Part shown: positions 1 through 36,442 of the stretch, in pieces
Layout of the letters: every line of letters begins with the position of its first letter
Numbering within the stretch: position 1 is the stretch's first letter
From: Botryllus schlosseri
Lineage: Eukaryota
Assembly: GCA_051294905.1 (NCBI GenBank)
Contig: CM119378.1
Coordinates: forward strand, 9,610,001-9,674,000
DNA length: 64,000 bases
Direction: 5' to 3'
Program-made: the position numbers and the translations under genes
The notes under the pieces: model-generated
What the model saw: only the letters and a program-made list of their open reading frames with translations
What the model was told of the DNA's origin: nothing
Databases searched by the model: none

Positions 1-413
1 CTGTTTTCGATTTTTCGTGCAACTTTTTGCAATTTTTTATGCAACCAACTTTTTACTGGAAATATTACTTACTGGCACTATATGTAAATAGATCGCTTGA
101 TTATTTCACTGTCGTTTAAATTTGAGGTCCTTTCTTATTTGACGTACATTCAGGCTAGACCGCCGAAAATTATATTTTCACTGGGTCAATTTTTTCAGGC
201 TATTGATTTTGTTGAAGTCGCTTAGTTTTTCGGCAGTGCCATGGATGCGGAACAATTCGAATATCTCGTACCATAATAATTTAAAGAAACTTGTCCATAG
301 ATGTATCTTTTTAGTGCAATTTTTGTGAAAATTAAATGCAAATTTTTACAGCAACTTTTGTGCAAAATAAGTGCAACTTTCCACGGATTTGACTGCAACA
401 AAAACTTGCCCTA
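1..413. mobile_element. hAT-type MITE, 'TGCAACTTT' family, left end outside the window
   Basis: Ends ..TGCAACAAAAACTTGCCCTA like the copies at 45631 and 58034; shares internal TGCAACTTTT repeats. Confidence 0.75.
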
Positions 414-529
414 AAATAGCACGTCTTTTAGACGTTAGGCTTTATTGTTGCGATTGATGAAAATTCGGGGCAAAGGAAATGATTTCGATGTACTGTTTCC
501 AGTGGCGCGATTGTTTCAAGTACTTTCAG

Positions 530-613
530 AGAAGTGCAGGTCAATGTACTGCCCCGCGGTGTCAACTTATCGCGACTGCGTCGGATTTTCAAGAGTAAGA
601 AGGATTCGCAAAT
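530..613 (+). CDS. Possible isolated 84-nt coding exon of an unidentified plus-strand gene
   Basis: TACTTTCAG| ... |GTAAGT boundaries; open frame EVQVNVLPRGVNLSRLRRIFKSKKDSQ; no partner exons found. Confidence 0.25.
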
Positions 614-3089
614 GTAAGTACAATGTATCGTAAATCAGTGACGTGCGGTCAAGTTCGTGGTTAGTTAGACACTGACTCCTTTAGAATCACATTTACAAAG
701 ATATAAACCAAACAGGTAGCCTATTCAATCATTGCCTTGTTTGGTAACACAATAGCAATTCTAGGTCGTCACAGGCTGGCTACGTGAGAAGGTACTATAT
801 ACGTAACCAAAATTGAAGGAACGTATGGAAAATACATAATAGCTACATCAGTTGCATAGGATATTTGCTCTGCACTACACAATGGTCGTCACAACATAAC
901 TCGTACTAAAACCTCGGTTCTCGGAGTAGACAGCCGATAGCGCATTGTCTCACCGCGCTGCGACTGTTGGATTATTAGGCCAACGTTCGGTGAGACAGAT
1001 TAATTTGTGCCCCACCATATGTATTGTTTCATTGCCCTGCCGTTGCACGCAGCTAAGACGAATTTCATATTCCCTGGCGACTCTGAGGGGTTATCGTGCC
1101 GTGATATTACTAATTTCGGATTATCGGAATCAGTGCGACGATAGCGTTCGATTAATGCCAGTTATTGTAAATTTCGAGCTGTTTATGATGAATTGCGCTA
1201 TCACGGGTGTCTGAATACGTAATATTGGGTGAAAAATGATCAGAATTAGTCATTCCTGGCCGTCAGTAGAAAAATACCAGTATTGACGGTTTTCACAATT
1301 TTTGTTTGCTTTTCTTGAAGACAGGCACTGCCTCCCTAAACTCCCTTGACCGCGAGTCCCTGTCGCCAATATTAAGCTAAATACAACGGGAAATAATAAT
1401 TCGAGTATCCGTAAGCGTCTGATTCGCACTTATACGTTATATTTGTATCTGTGAATTCTAAGTATGTACTCATCATGTGCGAGTCGGACTATATACGGTG
1501 ATGTCATTATATAACCCTATTGATATCAATAGTAATATATTGATTGGGATATCAAAACAGGTATAAAACGACTAAACGTTCATATGCTTTTATTGATCGT
1601 ATCGTTTGTGACATCTTCAAAAGCTGCGAATGAAAGCGATTGTATTAGATACTTCAACGAATTGCAGTTCCACAAATGCAGGACAAAATTAGATTAGTAG
1701 GCTGAGGTATCCACATTGTGATAAATGCGACAATCGTAATAGGGTGTGGGTTTACATTTCAACACAAATATCACGTTCATTCATTTTCAGTTTGTCGTAT
1801 TTGCTTGATGCACTTCTGCCGAGGAAAAGGAAGGAAATCATTACTTGGAATGTAGCTATAATAAAGCTGTGATGGAGATGATGAAGAATATTATTCGCGA
1901 AATTTTGTTGTAATTTTGAAAATATATTATAGATTAAGCGTATATATATGTACACATTTTTATCGCTTGCGTTAAACAATATTGTTATAGTCGTGGTCGG
2001 CACCATTTCATTGGACAACTGTAGCGCTCTGTGAATATAATTTGAATAATTTGAAAACTTTATTCATCACATTGTTTGTAGTGGACTTTGTGCCGATATA
2101 CCAGTGTTGGATACAAATCACAGGTCATATGGAGTCATTGCGCATTTTGACTCGAGTCAAATCGAGTCACTCTATTTTTATTGCCAAGTCGTATTTTCGA
2201 GGTACGAGGCATGATTCAAATCGTTGAATTTTGCCCGATGATTGAAGAACAGATTGAGGCGCTATTTATTCTGAATCGAGTTACGAATAGAGAAGAGAGT
2301 AAATTCTGATTGCAAAATGGCGTTGTATCGTTCAAGCATACATAAAATTGCTACAGTGCCTATGCAACTGTCCGCCACTCATATTATTATTAGTATTGTA
2401 AAAAGTAGTAGTGGCGCTTATCTCCTATAAGGGACTGGTGCGCCACGGTCTGTAATTACCTTATGGTACGTCGGATCATAATTTATAGTTATTACTACAC
2501 GGGTAAAAATTGAAGGAATCTATCACACGATATCACAAACTCGGCTCGGCGGTTAATAGCTCAGGCAGGACTAAGAGGTTGTAAGTTGTGAATGAGATGT
2601 TACGAGGTAACAATGTCCATCAGTCTATAATATAGTTATTTGCCTTGCGGAACCTCGCGCTCAATAAATATTGAAGATAAAATCGACATTGGAAATAACG
2701 GGTTTCGCTTTTGTAACTCAACCCCCTCTCCCCAATTGCGTAGACACTGCACGTGATGTACCACCACGGCATTCACAATCCGGCCAGATCGAGTCATGCA
2801 CAGTGATTAGTGTGCAATTATGCATTTATAAGTAAGTTATATACTCAAATGAATGATTAAGCTGTAAATAAATGAACGAAACGATTAACCGAAACGTGCA
2901 CTTGTCACTACCTTCAACTCCAGTGAGTTGACACAAAAGTCTTCGTCAGCATGAACGAACATTCATGCGTGACGGTATGAGCCATAACCATACAATTAGA
3001 GTACAAGTCGAGTCAATCAAAATACAAATTAACTGAAGTTGAGTCATGTCTCGAGTCATTACAATTATGCATCGTGGTTTCACCTACGC

Positions 3090-3977
3090 CAGGGGCGGGC
3101 AACATACGACCCGCGGGCCGGATCCGGCCCGCGAAGGGATTTTGTCCGGCCCGCGGACAGTTTTCCGTCTTACATGATAATGTGACCCGCGGCCCCAGTC
3201 TGCCGAGATTCCCCACTACTTGCTTACTAGGTCAAATTTTAATGATTGTATGTTATTATATACGTGTATGCGCACTGCGCAGCGTGAGAGAGTGGAACTT
3301 ATGCGTAACTTCGTCGAAGCAAGAAGACTTGCTTTATCGGCATTTACGATGTACTCAACCCTAATGTCGTTTGTGGTAATCATGGTGTTTGTCGACTACA
3401 ATGGTCATTTACACCAAGCTGATATTTCTTATTTTCGATTCCGTAACCGCCGACTTGTAGCGCGGCACACTTCTAGGTTTTTGCAAGACACCGCTCATGC
3501 CAGGGGTCGCCAACTCAAAACGAGTCGCGGGCCACTTTTCAAATTTCGGTAGAGGACGCGGGGCGCATGAATTCAATATCGAGATTACAATTAGTCGACA
3601 CAGTTGAACAACGACGTTATCTCGTCACCTACTCAACCCTAATGAATTGATATCTTGGTAAATTTGGGGTACCGGGCTTATCGAACGGCTTGAAATCTTA
3701 ATTAAGGATTGCACCGCGTGTTGATTGATCAGAGAGAAGCAGACATGGCGGTGCATGTATGGCAATGCTATTCTCAAATCCACATTGTCTTCCTCATTAT
3801 CGGCGAGAAATGGCTTTGAACTGACATTGCTGTCTTTAAAATACCTTCATTAAGTACGATTTATTCCTTGTATATGTGGACAAATGGTCGAATAATGTAT
3901 CGATTCAGGAATCCGGCCCGCCAAGAACTTAGCTTTCCTATATCCGGCCCGCCGACTGGAGAAGTTGCCCGCCCCTG
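3090..3977. mobile_element. Non-autonomous hAT (Charlie/Buster-like) element with nested insertions
   Basis: TIRs CAGGGGCGGGCAAC / GTTGCCCGCCCCTG; TSD ACCTACGC / ACATACGC (central TA); subterminal GGCCCGC repeats. Confidence 0.85.
3371..3495 (+). repeat. Unclassified interspersed repeat (CATGGTGTTTGTCGACTAC family), copy 1
   Basis: Homologous to 47960-48120 (minus) and 59066-59212 (plus). Confidence 0.75.
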
Positions 3978-5300
3978 ACATACGCCATGTGCGGGAATAT
4001 TCACTAAACAATTGAACAATATCTGATGACGTCATACATCGCAAACTGCACACCTTATTACCATGCGGCGCATAATAACTAAATTTTAATGACAGCTAGG
4101 TCGTTGTATCATCGCCACTTATGTACGGAAGCGAACCGATCCAAGCTACTCATATGGCGGGTCATTTGAAAATAATTTAGTGCAAACTATACCATTAACA
4201 ACCAATCAGTAAGCAAAATTTACATCGTAGTGCATTTCGTATGTATCTATTGCCTTACCAAGCTAACGATGAACTCGTTAGGCCTCAAAGCCTCTGACAA
4301 ACAGGCTGATTACCGAACAACTATATCCTGTCGGAAAATGATGCTACAAATTGCCCTTGACCTCAAACAAGTATATGCCTGCAAACTTCAATATTTTATG
4401 CGATATCTTTCACCACGAAATTGGAATTAAGTGCCCGCTGATTAAGTCAAACTAATATACCCTTGCATATAAAGCCTATTTTTGGCCTTCCTTGTCACCA
4501 GGAACTATAACATTCCAGAGGTAGGAGGTAGGACAGCGCTTCTTTGCAAGTATGAAACGGCATCTCATAAATGCTGAATTTTATTGATACAGAGATACAT
4601 ATATATTGAATACAAGCCAGGAACAGTTGTCGACGTACAGTATGAAACTTCTAATTCGGTTGTGGTGGCATCGGAAATAAAGAGTACTTTCACTTCATGA
4701 TCGATCCAGCAATCTATAGAATTCACAACTCAACACCTCTATTTGCTATCGCCGAAGTCAATTCCCTATCCGTTTGATGGAGCCGTTGTTGTGCCGAATT
4801 TCTGGGAACATCCTAGGCTTGATTCTCTGCACACATTCCACGGGCACGCGAATCCCGCAACGCGAGAATTCCGCAGGACACTATCCCTGCACATTATTTC
4901 GTAAAATAACATGAAGTAGTTTCCACACGCTTTATTGTCACTAGTTTACTTGATTTTAATATCGACACCCCTGTAAAAAAATGAGAATAATAAAAAATAG
5001 ATTTTTTAAAAACGCATAATGTACAGAAATGAATCCGAGTAAAACATATTAATCCAGATGATGCACGTACGGATTGCATGAATAGGAAGGTATGCACGTA
5101 GGCACGAAGGATTTATGGCCGCGATATAATTCTGAGTGAGGTTCGGTTTTCGAGTACCACCCTTTTCGGCCCGTCGGGTGTCAATACACACTATTTTCGC
5201 TATGAGTGCAAGGCATGTGAAGTTCAAGCAAACATGGGATTCCGAGAAGTGTGCCAAAAAGATTGGCTGAGAAAAAACTTGGCTGAAAAAGACTGCCCTT

Positions 5301-5350
5301 ATCTCGATGGTGCAGGCGAAAAGAAGAATACCCCATATCTCTCTCTCTCT
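5301..5350 (+). mobile_element. 3' tail fragment of the 63555 SINE family (or its partner LINE)
   Basis: ATCTCGATGGTGCAGGCGA identical to 63768-63786, followed by (CT)n. Confidence 0.65.
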
Positions 5351-5654
5351 TATATGTCTAATGGTACATGTGGGCACCTAAATGACTGGCATCAAATCTT
5401 CCTCTCCTGGCAATCCGAACCCCACAGGACGAATACTATCCAGCAGAGTGAAGAAATAACAATTCGGAATCGTGTGCGTCTATTTGTTCGGTACGTTTGG
5501 GCAATTTCAATACCTTTTGACTATTATAGCAGACAGGAGGCCACGAAGAAACAACAGGCGACGAAGTAGTGTATACCATCGGGCCCGTCCGAATATGTGT
5601 AATTAATATTATTTAATACGTGCCCAAATTTTCCAAGACAATCTTGTGTAAAAA

Positions 5655-6638
5655 AGGGATGATGTGAACCTCTGAAAGGTTCAGGTTCGTGTGAACGCGA
5701 ACCTTTCTGAAAGGTTCTGTGTGAACGCGAACCTCATGACGTCACGTGACGTCATATTGCTAATTCCGAACCTATCTTTCAATGAAGTGATAGCCTATAT
5801 TAATGTGCGATACCTAGCGACGACTCGTGCCACATAATGTCACAATGCTGAAGTACATATTGGCGTTTTAAACGTCGCTAAATGTATCAACTGAGGCAAT
5901 CAAATGATATAATACTCCCATAAAATCAAAATCATCCATCGCTTTGTCACAAATTCCACGAGGACTTACCAGGGAATTTAAGCTTACGCCTTAACGGTCT
6001 TGGCCAGACCATGTATTCGGCGTCTGAGTATTGCAACATTGATATTGAGCAGAGTGGAAAACAGGTTTCTATACTTGCTATCGATATTAGGCTACCCCAC
6101 AAGTTATACAGCTGTAGCCAACACCTCAATCGCACGGATTTGGTTTTGAAGATACAGTAAACATATGAAATTAAGATCGACCCCGTACGCCTGCTACATT
6201 TGATACATCAAAAAAGGATATCAATCTCATTGATTGGTTGAATAAGCATCATTCGCTGACTACATGTAGTGTCTTTCGCTCGTGATGTTGTGTGACTGCG
6301 GGTCAAGCTCACAGCAGCGAGTCAGTAAATATTCACAAACGGAAAGCTGGATATTTCGAGCAAACTTTTGTAACAAAACAAGAAAAAATTTTGAGATTAT
6401 CAAGGTGCATGCTCGTTTTGTGTTGATTTTTCATGCTGTCAGCGCCGTGCATAGAATGGCCTGCAGTTGTGCTGCAATAAATTCGAAGCAAAGATTTCAT
6501 AATGACGTGAAAATTGTAATATATGAAAAAGGTTCACAGTGCAGAACCTACCAAGGTTCTGTTGTGAACGCGAACCTCTAAATTTTCGAGGTTCACACAC
6601 AGAACGCGAACGTGAACCTCACGTTCACACCATCCCTA
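5655..6638. mobile_element. Non-autonomous hAT-type element (GTGAACGCGAACC subterminal repeats)
   Basis: TIRs AGGGATGATGTGAAC / GTTCACACCATCCCT; flanks TGTAAAAA / TGTAAAAT. Confidence 0.75.
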
Positions 6639-6768
6639 TGTAAAATACCTAATGAAGTATAAACACCATGAATATCATCAAAATCAACAACAACCTCACT
6701 CAGCTGTACCGGTAAATGTGATTACGTGGACTGAGAGAGGATAAAAAAATCATAGCAATATGTAATGC

Positions 6769-7150
6769 ATATATATATATATATATATATAGGTCTAGCT
6801 CTGTCTGCATTCAGACTAAGAGCACCATCACCGAGGTGATGGAAATATCCATCGAAAAGGGACACAGCAATAAAGATTTCAAATATAAATTAAATTTCGC
6901 GTGAAAGTGCTGCTTTCGAAAATGTCCTGATGTCGGTATCGTTCCGATTAAGGACATTGTTCATCAGCGTTGCAGACGGTCTTCCTTTCTTGGTTCTCCT
7001 TTCATCTTCAAAGGTTATCGAATTCACGACACTATCATTAGGTTTCCGAATTATGTGGGCAAGAAATTTAGCTTGTTGGTGATCAATAAAGGATGAGAGA
7101 TCTCCCAATATTATAGACCGATTAAATCATGTATTTTAGAATTTTTTCGC
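6769..7150 (-). mobile_element. 5'-truncated LINE (RTE/L2-like) 3' end with (TA)n tail
   Basis: ORF remnant 7108-6890 (DLSSFIDHQQAKFLAHIIRKPND..KKGRPSATL) resembles the post-RT C-terminus of non-LTR ORF2 (LRWxGHxxR..GRP). It is followed by a short UTR with stem CCATCACC-GA-GGTGATGG and (AT)11 at 6769-6790. Confidence 0.65.
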
Positions 7151-7757
7151 GCTGAGGCGTCATACTCACTAACTATCGATCATAAGAAATGTCCGAGTAG
7201 TAGTGAGAACGCCCAAGATCTTATGGGACCCACAACCAACGTTCTGGGGGGGGGAGTGCCGTTTCTGCCCTGAGTGTGGCACGAACAATCGAACACGGCT
7301 TAACACTTTGACTGCCAACAATCCTAAATATAGGATTTTACTCAATCCCATAAACTGCCAGCGATCCTATATTTAGGATATTTTTGAAATGAGTACAGTA
7401 AAGTCCGGAATTGGTTTTATCACCGGATTACGGCTGTATCCGAGGCTACTGAATAGGCTTGTTGTCATAAACCCCCATTTTCGTTGCCGGAAGTATTTTT
7501 TAAAAATCACATTTGCATACAATAGGTCAACCTTTTTTTGGTTTGACCACTAGGTGGCTTTTCATAAAATGAGCAGCAAAAAAATTGAATTATTTTGATA
7601 ATTCCTTGATGTTGAAAAAAAATTTTTTTTTCATAAGTTGCGCAAGGTTTGCACTTATCAGCACGCCCGATTCCAGCCAAATATCCAACTAGTCGAAAAT
7701 TCATTGTTCGCTGGCGTTTACTGGCAATTTCCATAATAGGCCTTGGCAGCTAAAGTG

Positions 7758-7940
7758 TTAAATGGCCGACCTGCCCGAAATTGTACGTAGGGTTGAACAC
7801 CCTACGGACCCAAGACCAGCGATTTCTTTACGGCAGTGCTGACATTGCGCTGTTTTGGACCTGCGTATGCTCATAGCCTCTTGCCAATTTCCGAATTCTC
7901 CTTTTCTACGGAGAAAACGCTTGCCTGCAGTGCATTGCAT
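7758..7940 (-). pseudogene. Possible decayed BED zinc-finger (hAT transposase N-terminus) fragment
   Basis: KTAQCQHCRKEIAGLGSVGCSTL fits the BED CxxC..S(T)STL pattern; the His pair is not intact in frame. Confidence 0.3.
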
Positions 7941-9855
7941 TGCCTTTGGTAATTTATTACTTACTAACTAAACCTTTCGAATGCACATGAGTGACTCACG
8001 CAATTGCAAAGTTCGGTCGTATATAATACACGATACTGAATCGCATCGATACAGACGTACCAACCAACGAATACATATTACAACACGCATGTACCCGAGA
8101 ATACTTGCAATATACCATCTTCTTAAGTTTCAAGTATGTCAGGCGTTAGAGATGATATGTAGTCAAGCCCCATTCACATTCTCCAATAGCCAACGGATAC
8201 ATAATTGTTGTAACATGCATACAGCTAAATAATGATCACGTCACAGACGATGTGCACTTTCAGTATTTTTGCACTGATACCGATATCACACTGATACAAT
8301 TTCGTCGAGAAAATATACATGACATTGCGACATCTCTTACTCATGCATTCCCAGGGCGTTCTCTGCGCAATTCTCATAGAAAATACAGTCAGTAGGTCTT
8401 TATTTCTAGAGCGAAATCTACCATAAATAACATCAACATTTAGTAAAGATTGCATTCTACTGATTCTTAACGAGGGATAGATATCATTTATATTTCCTAT
8501 ATACTCCATCGCTATGCGAGAAAACAACATCCTCTACTTTGGGAGTTACCATAGCATGTTGTGCGACGGCATGCACGATGGGCATATTAATAATACTAGA
8601 GAAACAACATTGTTGCGTTGGTAGGCTTTCACTATTCTCCGGTAAATGCAAGTGCTCGAATATATTACAATAGATGGGCCACGTAGGAAAACAAACAAAA
8701 ACAGTGTTGAATAGTCTATACAGGTCATTTAAAAGAAATTATTAGGAAAAGGATGTTGTATAAGCACACAGATGCTAAACAGTCGACCGCAGCCTGCCCG
8801 GCAATCCATTTAGACAGCATTTCGTCATATCGCACGTGAAGTCTTAAATTACAAAATGCGGTACCACAGACACGAAACGAATGCCTAAGTTCTGGCACCA
8901 ATTGCGGACATGCCGCACAACGCGGAAATAAAAAGAGAAACATATAATATAGAGGTTTGTCGATGTGACTAAAATTCATATTACTATACTGTATGTCGCA
9001 ATAAATAGGAATTAAGTGTCCCGCAAAGTGAGTTACAGACAGACCGTGGAAAATAAGAAGTAAAATACAGAAATGTTAACTTTTGCATCGATGTGTTGAG
9101 TCGGCGTAACGGCAATGTTGAAAGTACTTAGTCCTGCAAGATCCTCGTTCGGGAAACAGTTAAAGCTGGACAGAATCGATGGCTTTGGTGACTCGATTCC
9201 GAATCCAGTATTAACCTTCGAGTCGAGTATCAAATGTTAAAACGCCATAACAATAATATCGACTTGGGGAAAGTTACAAATTATCCCATTCACGGATACA
9301 AGAAAACCAAATCATTATACTTGATACTGAACTCGGATTCATTGTACCCATCCCTAAGAACAGTTGGCCGGATCAATCTCCGACGCCCACAACCGGCCAG
9401 TACGTATTCATATCATTCATAGCATATCCGCCCACAAAAATTAACGTGTAAACTTAACTCCGTCCACAACAATCGGGATTTGATTTGATTCCGATCACGC
9501 AGACACGCTTCACCAGAGACGGCAGTGAAAATAGGTAGGATACGTCCCACCATCCATCCACCAAACAGTCCAATTTTACAGGCAACATTAGCCCTGGTAG
9601 TTCCAATATCCGTCGGTAGACGAGAAGATAACAACCCGCGATAGCTAATCCAGACAACAAGCGCGATTTCATTGCGCGGCAGCGCGTTTCCAACCCGGGA
9701 CCAGACAGATTCCGTTGAACTTGGGGAGAGAGAAATACGCGTTCTACAGACATTGAAAATAATACTACAATTGAAGAAAATGAGATCAGCGATTATCTTC
9801 CGCAGGTGACAGTAAAATAATCCGGTAGCCCCGGCACTCGGAAAGCGTGATTCCA

Positions 9856-33664
<23,809 letters not shown>

Positions 33665-36241
33665 CTGAAATAAATTTGAAAATAGATCACTGTCATGCAA
33701 TTAAGACGAGGCATATTCTGTATTAGTGTCGTAGCATGACAAAATAATACCCACATTCTAGTAAACAGGTAATAATGGGGTGGTGAAATGGTCTGTTAAA
33801 CACCGAGATTATATCAGTAACGATGCAAAACAGAAAAAATGTGTGATGATTTTCGGCAGACACTGTTTCAGGACAGACAGCAACAATTCATAATAACCAT
33901 AAATATTGGAAAATTGAATTACATTGATCAGCTGAAACCTCATGAAATGGACCATTTTAGCTTTCATCAAAAGATATTGTGTCTTGTCTGCAGAATATTG
34001 CAGAAAACTAGACACAGGAAATTGACAAAAGGGGTCTCTTGTAGACTGGACAATAGATGTTGAAAATTTGTTCTTACTGCGAACACCCTCCATTGCATGA
34101 AAAAGTCATGAGTAAAACACTGTAATTGAATAGTGTGACACAGCTATTTTTGAAGTAAAATTGCCGGCTTGGTGAGGGCAGTGTGCAAATTAACTTTAGA
34201 AAGACCAGTTCAAATATGTATGTAGGCTTGCCTTTAGAATAACAGAAAGAGCACTGTATTTGATGGTCAATGTGACAATTCAAGTATTTATGATCAGACT
34301 TGACGTTTGATGGTGATAACAAACATTGATTTAACATGCACATTGCACAAATGCACAATCACAATTAAATTTGTGAATTCAATCACTTAATGTTGCGCAA
34401 CATTTCAATAACAAATCCATTGTCGATGTAATTAATTACTGGATTTCTGTTCTCAATCTTTTTGACTACCAGCAGTTGACTAAGCTCATAACTAGTCTAC
34501 TTAAATACAGATTCAAATACTTGTTATTCTTTTGGGCATTTGGGCAATAGTTCACCCGAATAGTAAGAATAGTTGCTATCATAACATCAGTCAGGAGCCA
34601 AAGTAAGCTTTGAATTCCATAAGTAGAGGAATTATTAGAGTAATAGTGAATACAAAATTCAGCTAGGGCGTAATTACATACCTTTGTAATCCACCATACA
34701 TCGCAAAAAATCCTTAGCTAACCAATACGCAGATTTCAAATTACAGTATACCCTAATTCATTACCCTAAACAAACAGAGCTATTAAGAGAATACAATTCA
34801 TGTCAAGGAAGCTTGAAATGAAGCTGACATATAATTACATTGTTTACATAAATATTTATTCAACATTTTGCATAAATAGAAACCAGTCAATAGCTTTCAC
34901 TTTGCCCCAACATGCTTGACGTGAATATTAAACCAGTAAGGTAAAAACATTAATTATGCTATGACACAAATCACAAGGTATCTGAAAGAACCTCCAACTA
35001 TGTATTTACATACATCTGGCATACTTTTGTGTATCATTCTTCAATTTCGCAACCAAATGCTTGAGAAATCTTGGGCTCAATACAATTCAGCAGTTCAATT
35101 TAACGTATTAACTAGACCATTACAACATATATACTAGCAATTCTAGACTACAACATACTAGCCTTTCGCCCAAAACTACCGCTAACACAAAAAATTAATG
35201 CTATTTTCTTTCACAGGCCATATTTTCCACAAGTAGAATAGGCCTGAACATTTAAAAACACCTATGTGCCTCGAGAAACAGCAAGTGGTCATATTAGTCA
35301 CACCCACCCTGGCAGAACGCTCGCTAGTCTATATAAGATAGATAGAAATGAGCCTGCATTCGTAAATGAATGCTTCAATGTGCTCGGACGTGTGGTCTCT
35401 AGATCTAACACCTACCTCTGCCTACTGATATCATAATAAACATTATTTGTGCCCGACATAGTGGCTAACTTGCGACAACAGTCGACAGGTTCCCTGCGAC
35501 AACCGCAACGATTCCAAAGTCTTGGTATATCGCATACCCGAATTGTTGCGCCAATGCACCTAAATTTTATATTCTAGGGTCTGAATGGGGTTGATAAAAA
35601 AGCTACAGGCTGAGACATGAGGTACGGTAGGCCAACTGGGAGTAGAGTCACAAATTGAAACTTACTAGAGCCCATGAGCTATAGCCTACCCAGGATATCA
35701 GGCATAGGGAATCAGCGATTAAGTTTCAAGGTGAACTTTATTAATATTACCAGTAACGTACAAATGCAAACCAGTCAACAATACAAAGACTGAATGAAGA
35801 GAGATTGCCCACATACATTGCACTTACTCTTCTGCGCTTACTTTTCAGTCAGTGTGCATGCCTCTGATTTACATGTTCTAGGTCAAGGTCAAGGTGGGTG
35901 TCAGATCGAAAGGCTACTTCATGTGGCTTGGACACTTTCCTATATTTTCATTGTATCCCGCTTTCATAGTGATTCAAAAATAGAGAAATGATAATAAAGG
36001 TATTAAAACACCAAGTACGTACTACGTAGGCGTCATCTGCTGATTTACAGTTGTGTACACCTCTCTTACGCCTGATATACCCACCTAACCTCGACTACAG
36101 TTATTTTATTACCACTACTGCTAATAGAACTTCTACTACTACTACTGTTCCTACTAATACTACTGTTACGATACCTGAACCAGATGACAACAAGCCTGCC
36201 ACCTCCAGTCCTTCCTGTCTCCTGATGCAGTAATCACTCAC

Positions 36242-36325
36242 TTGACTCTGAACTTGCGAACTGCCGACAACTTGTGTGACCGGATATTCACAACTAGCAC
36301 CTTGTCCAATATTACGTCAACCAAT
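36242..36325 (-). promoter_or_regulatory. Probable tubby promoter and non-coding first exon
   Basis: CCAAT at 36306 and 36321 flank TTACGTCA (ATF/CREB-like) at 36312. A minus-strand donor GAGTCAA|GTGAGT lies at ~36241, upstream of the first coding exons. Confidence 0.45.
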
Positions 36326-36432
36326 CAAGCGCTGAAAATTCCCGGTAATGCGACCATCCCTTACACCCAGTCAGCTCAGAATGCGTTATTACTATGAATC
36401 ATCGTGTCACCGCGACTGTAATGTTGACTGCA

Positions 36433-36442
36433 TTTATTTATT
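36433..36442 (-). terminator. Candidate poly(A) signal(s) for the myosin gene
   Basis: Overlapping AATAAA on the minus strand (plus TTTATTTATT); the first canonical signal I found downstream of the myosin stop. Confidence 0.35.
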
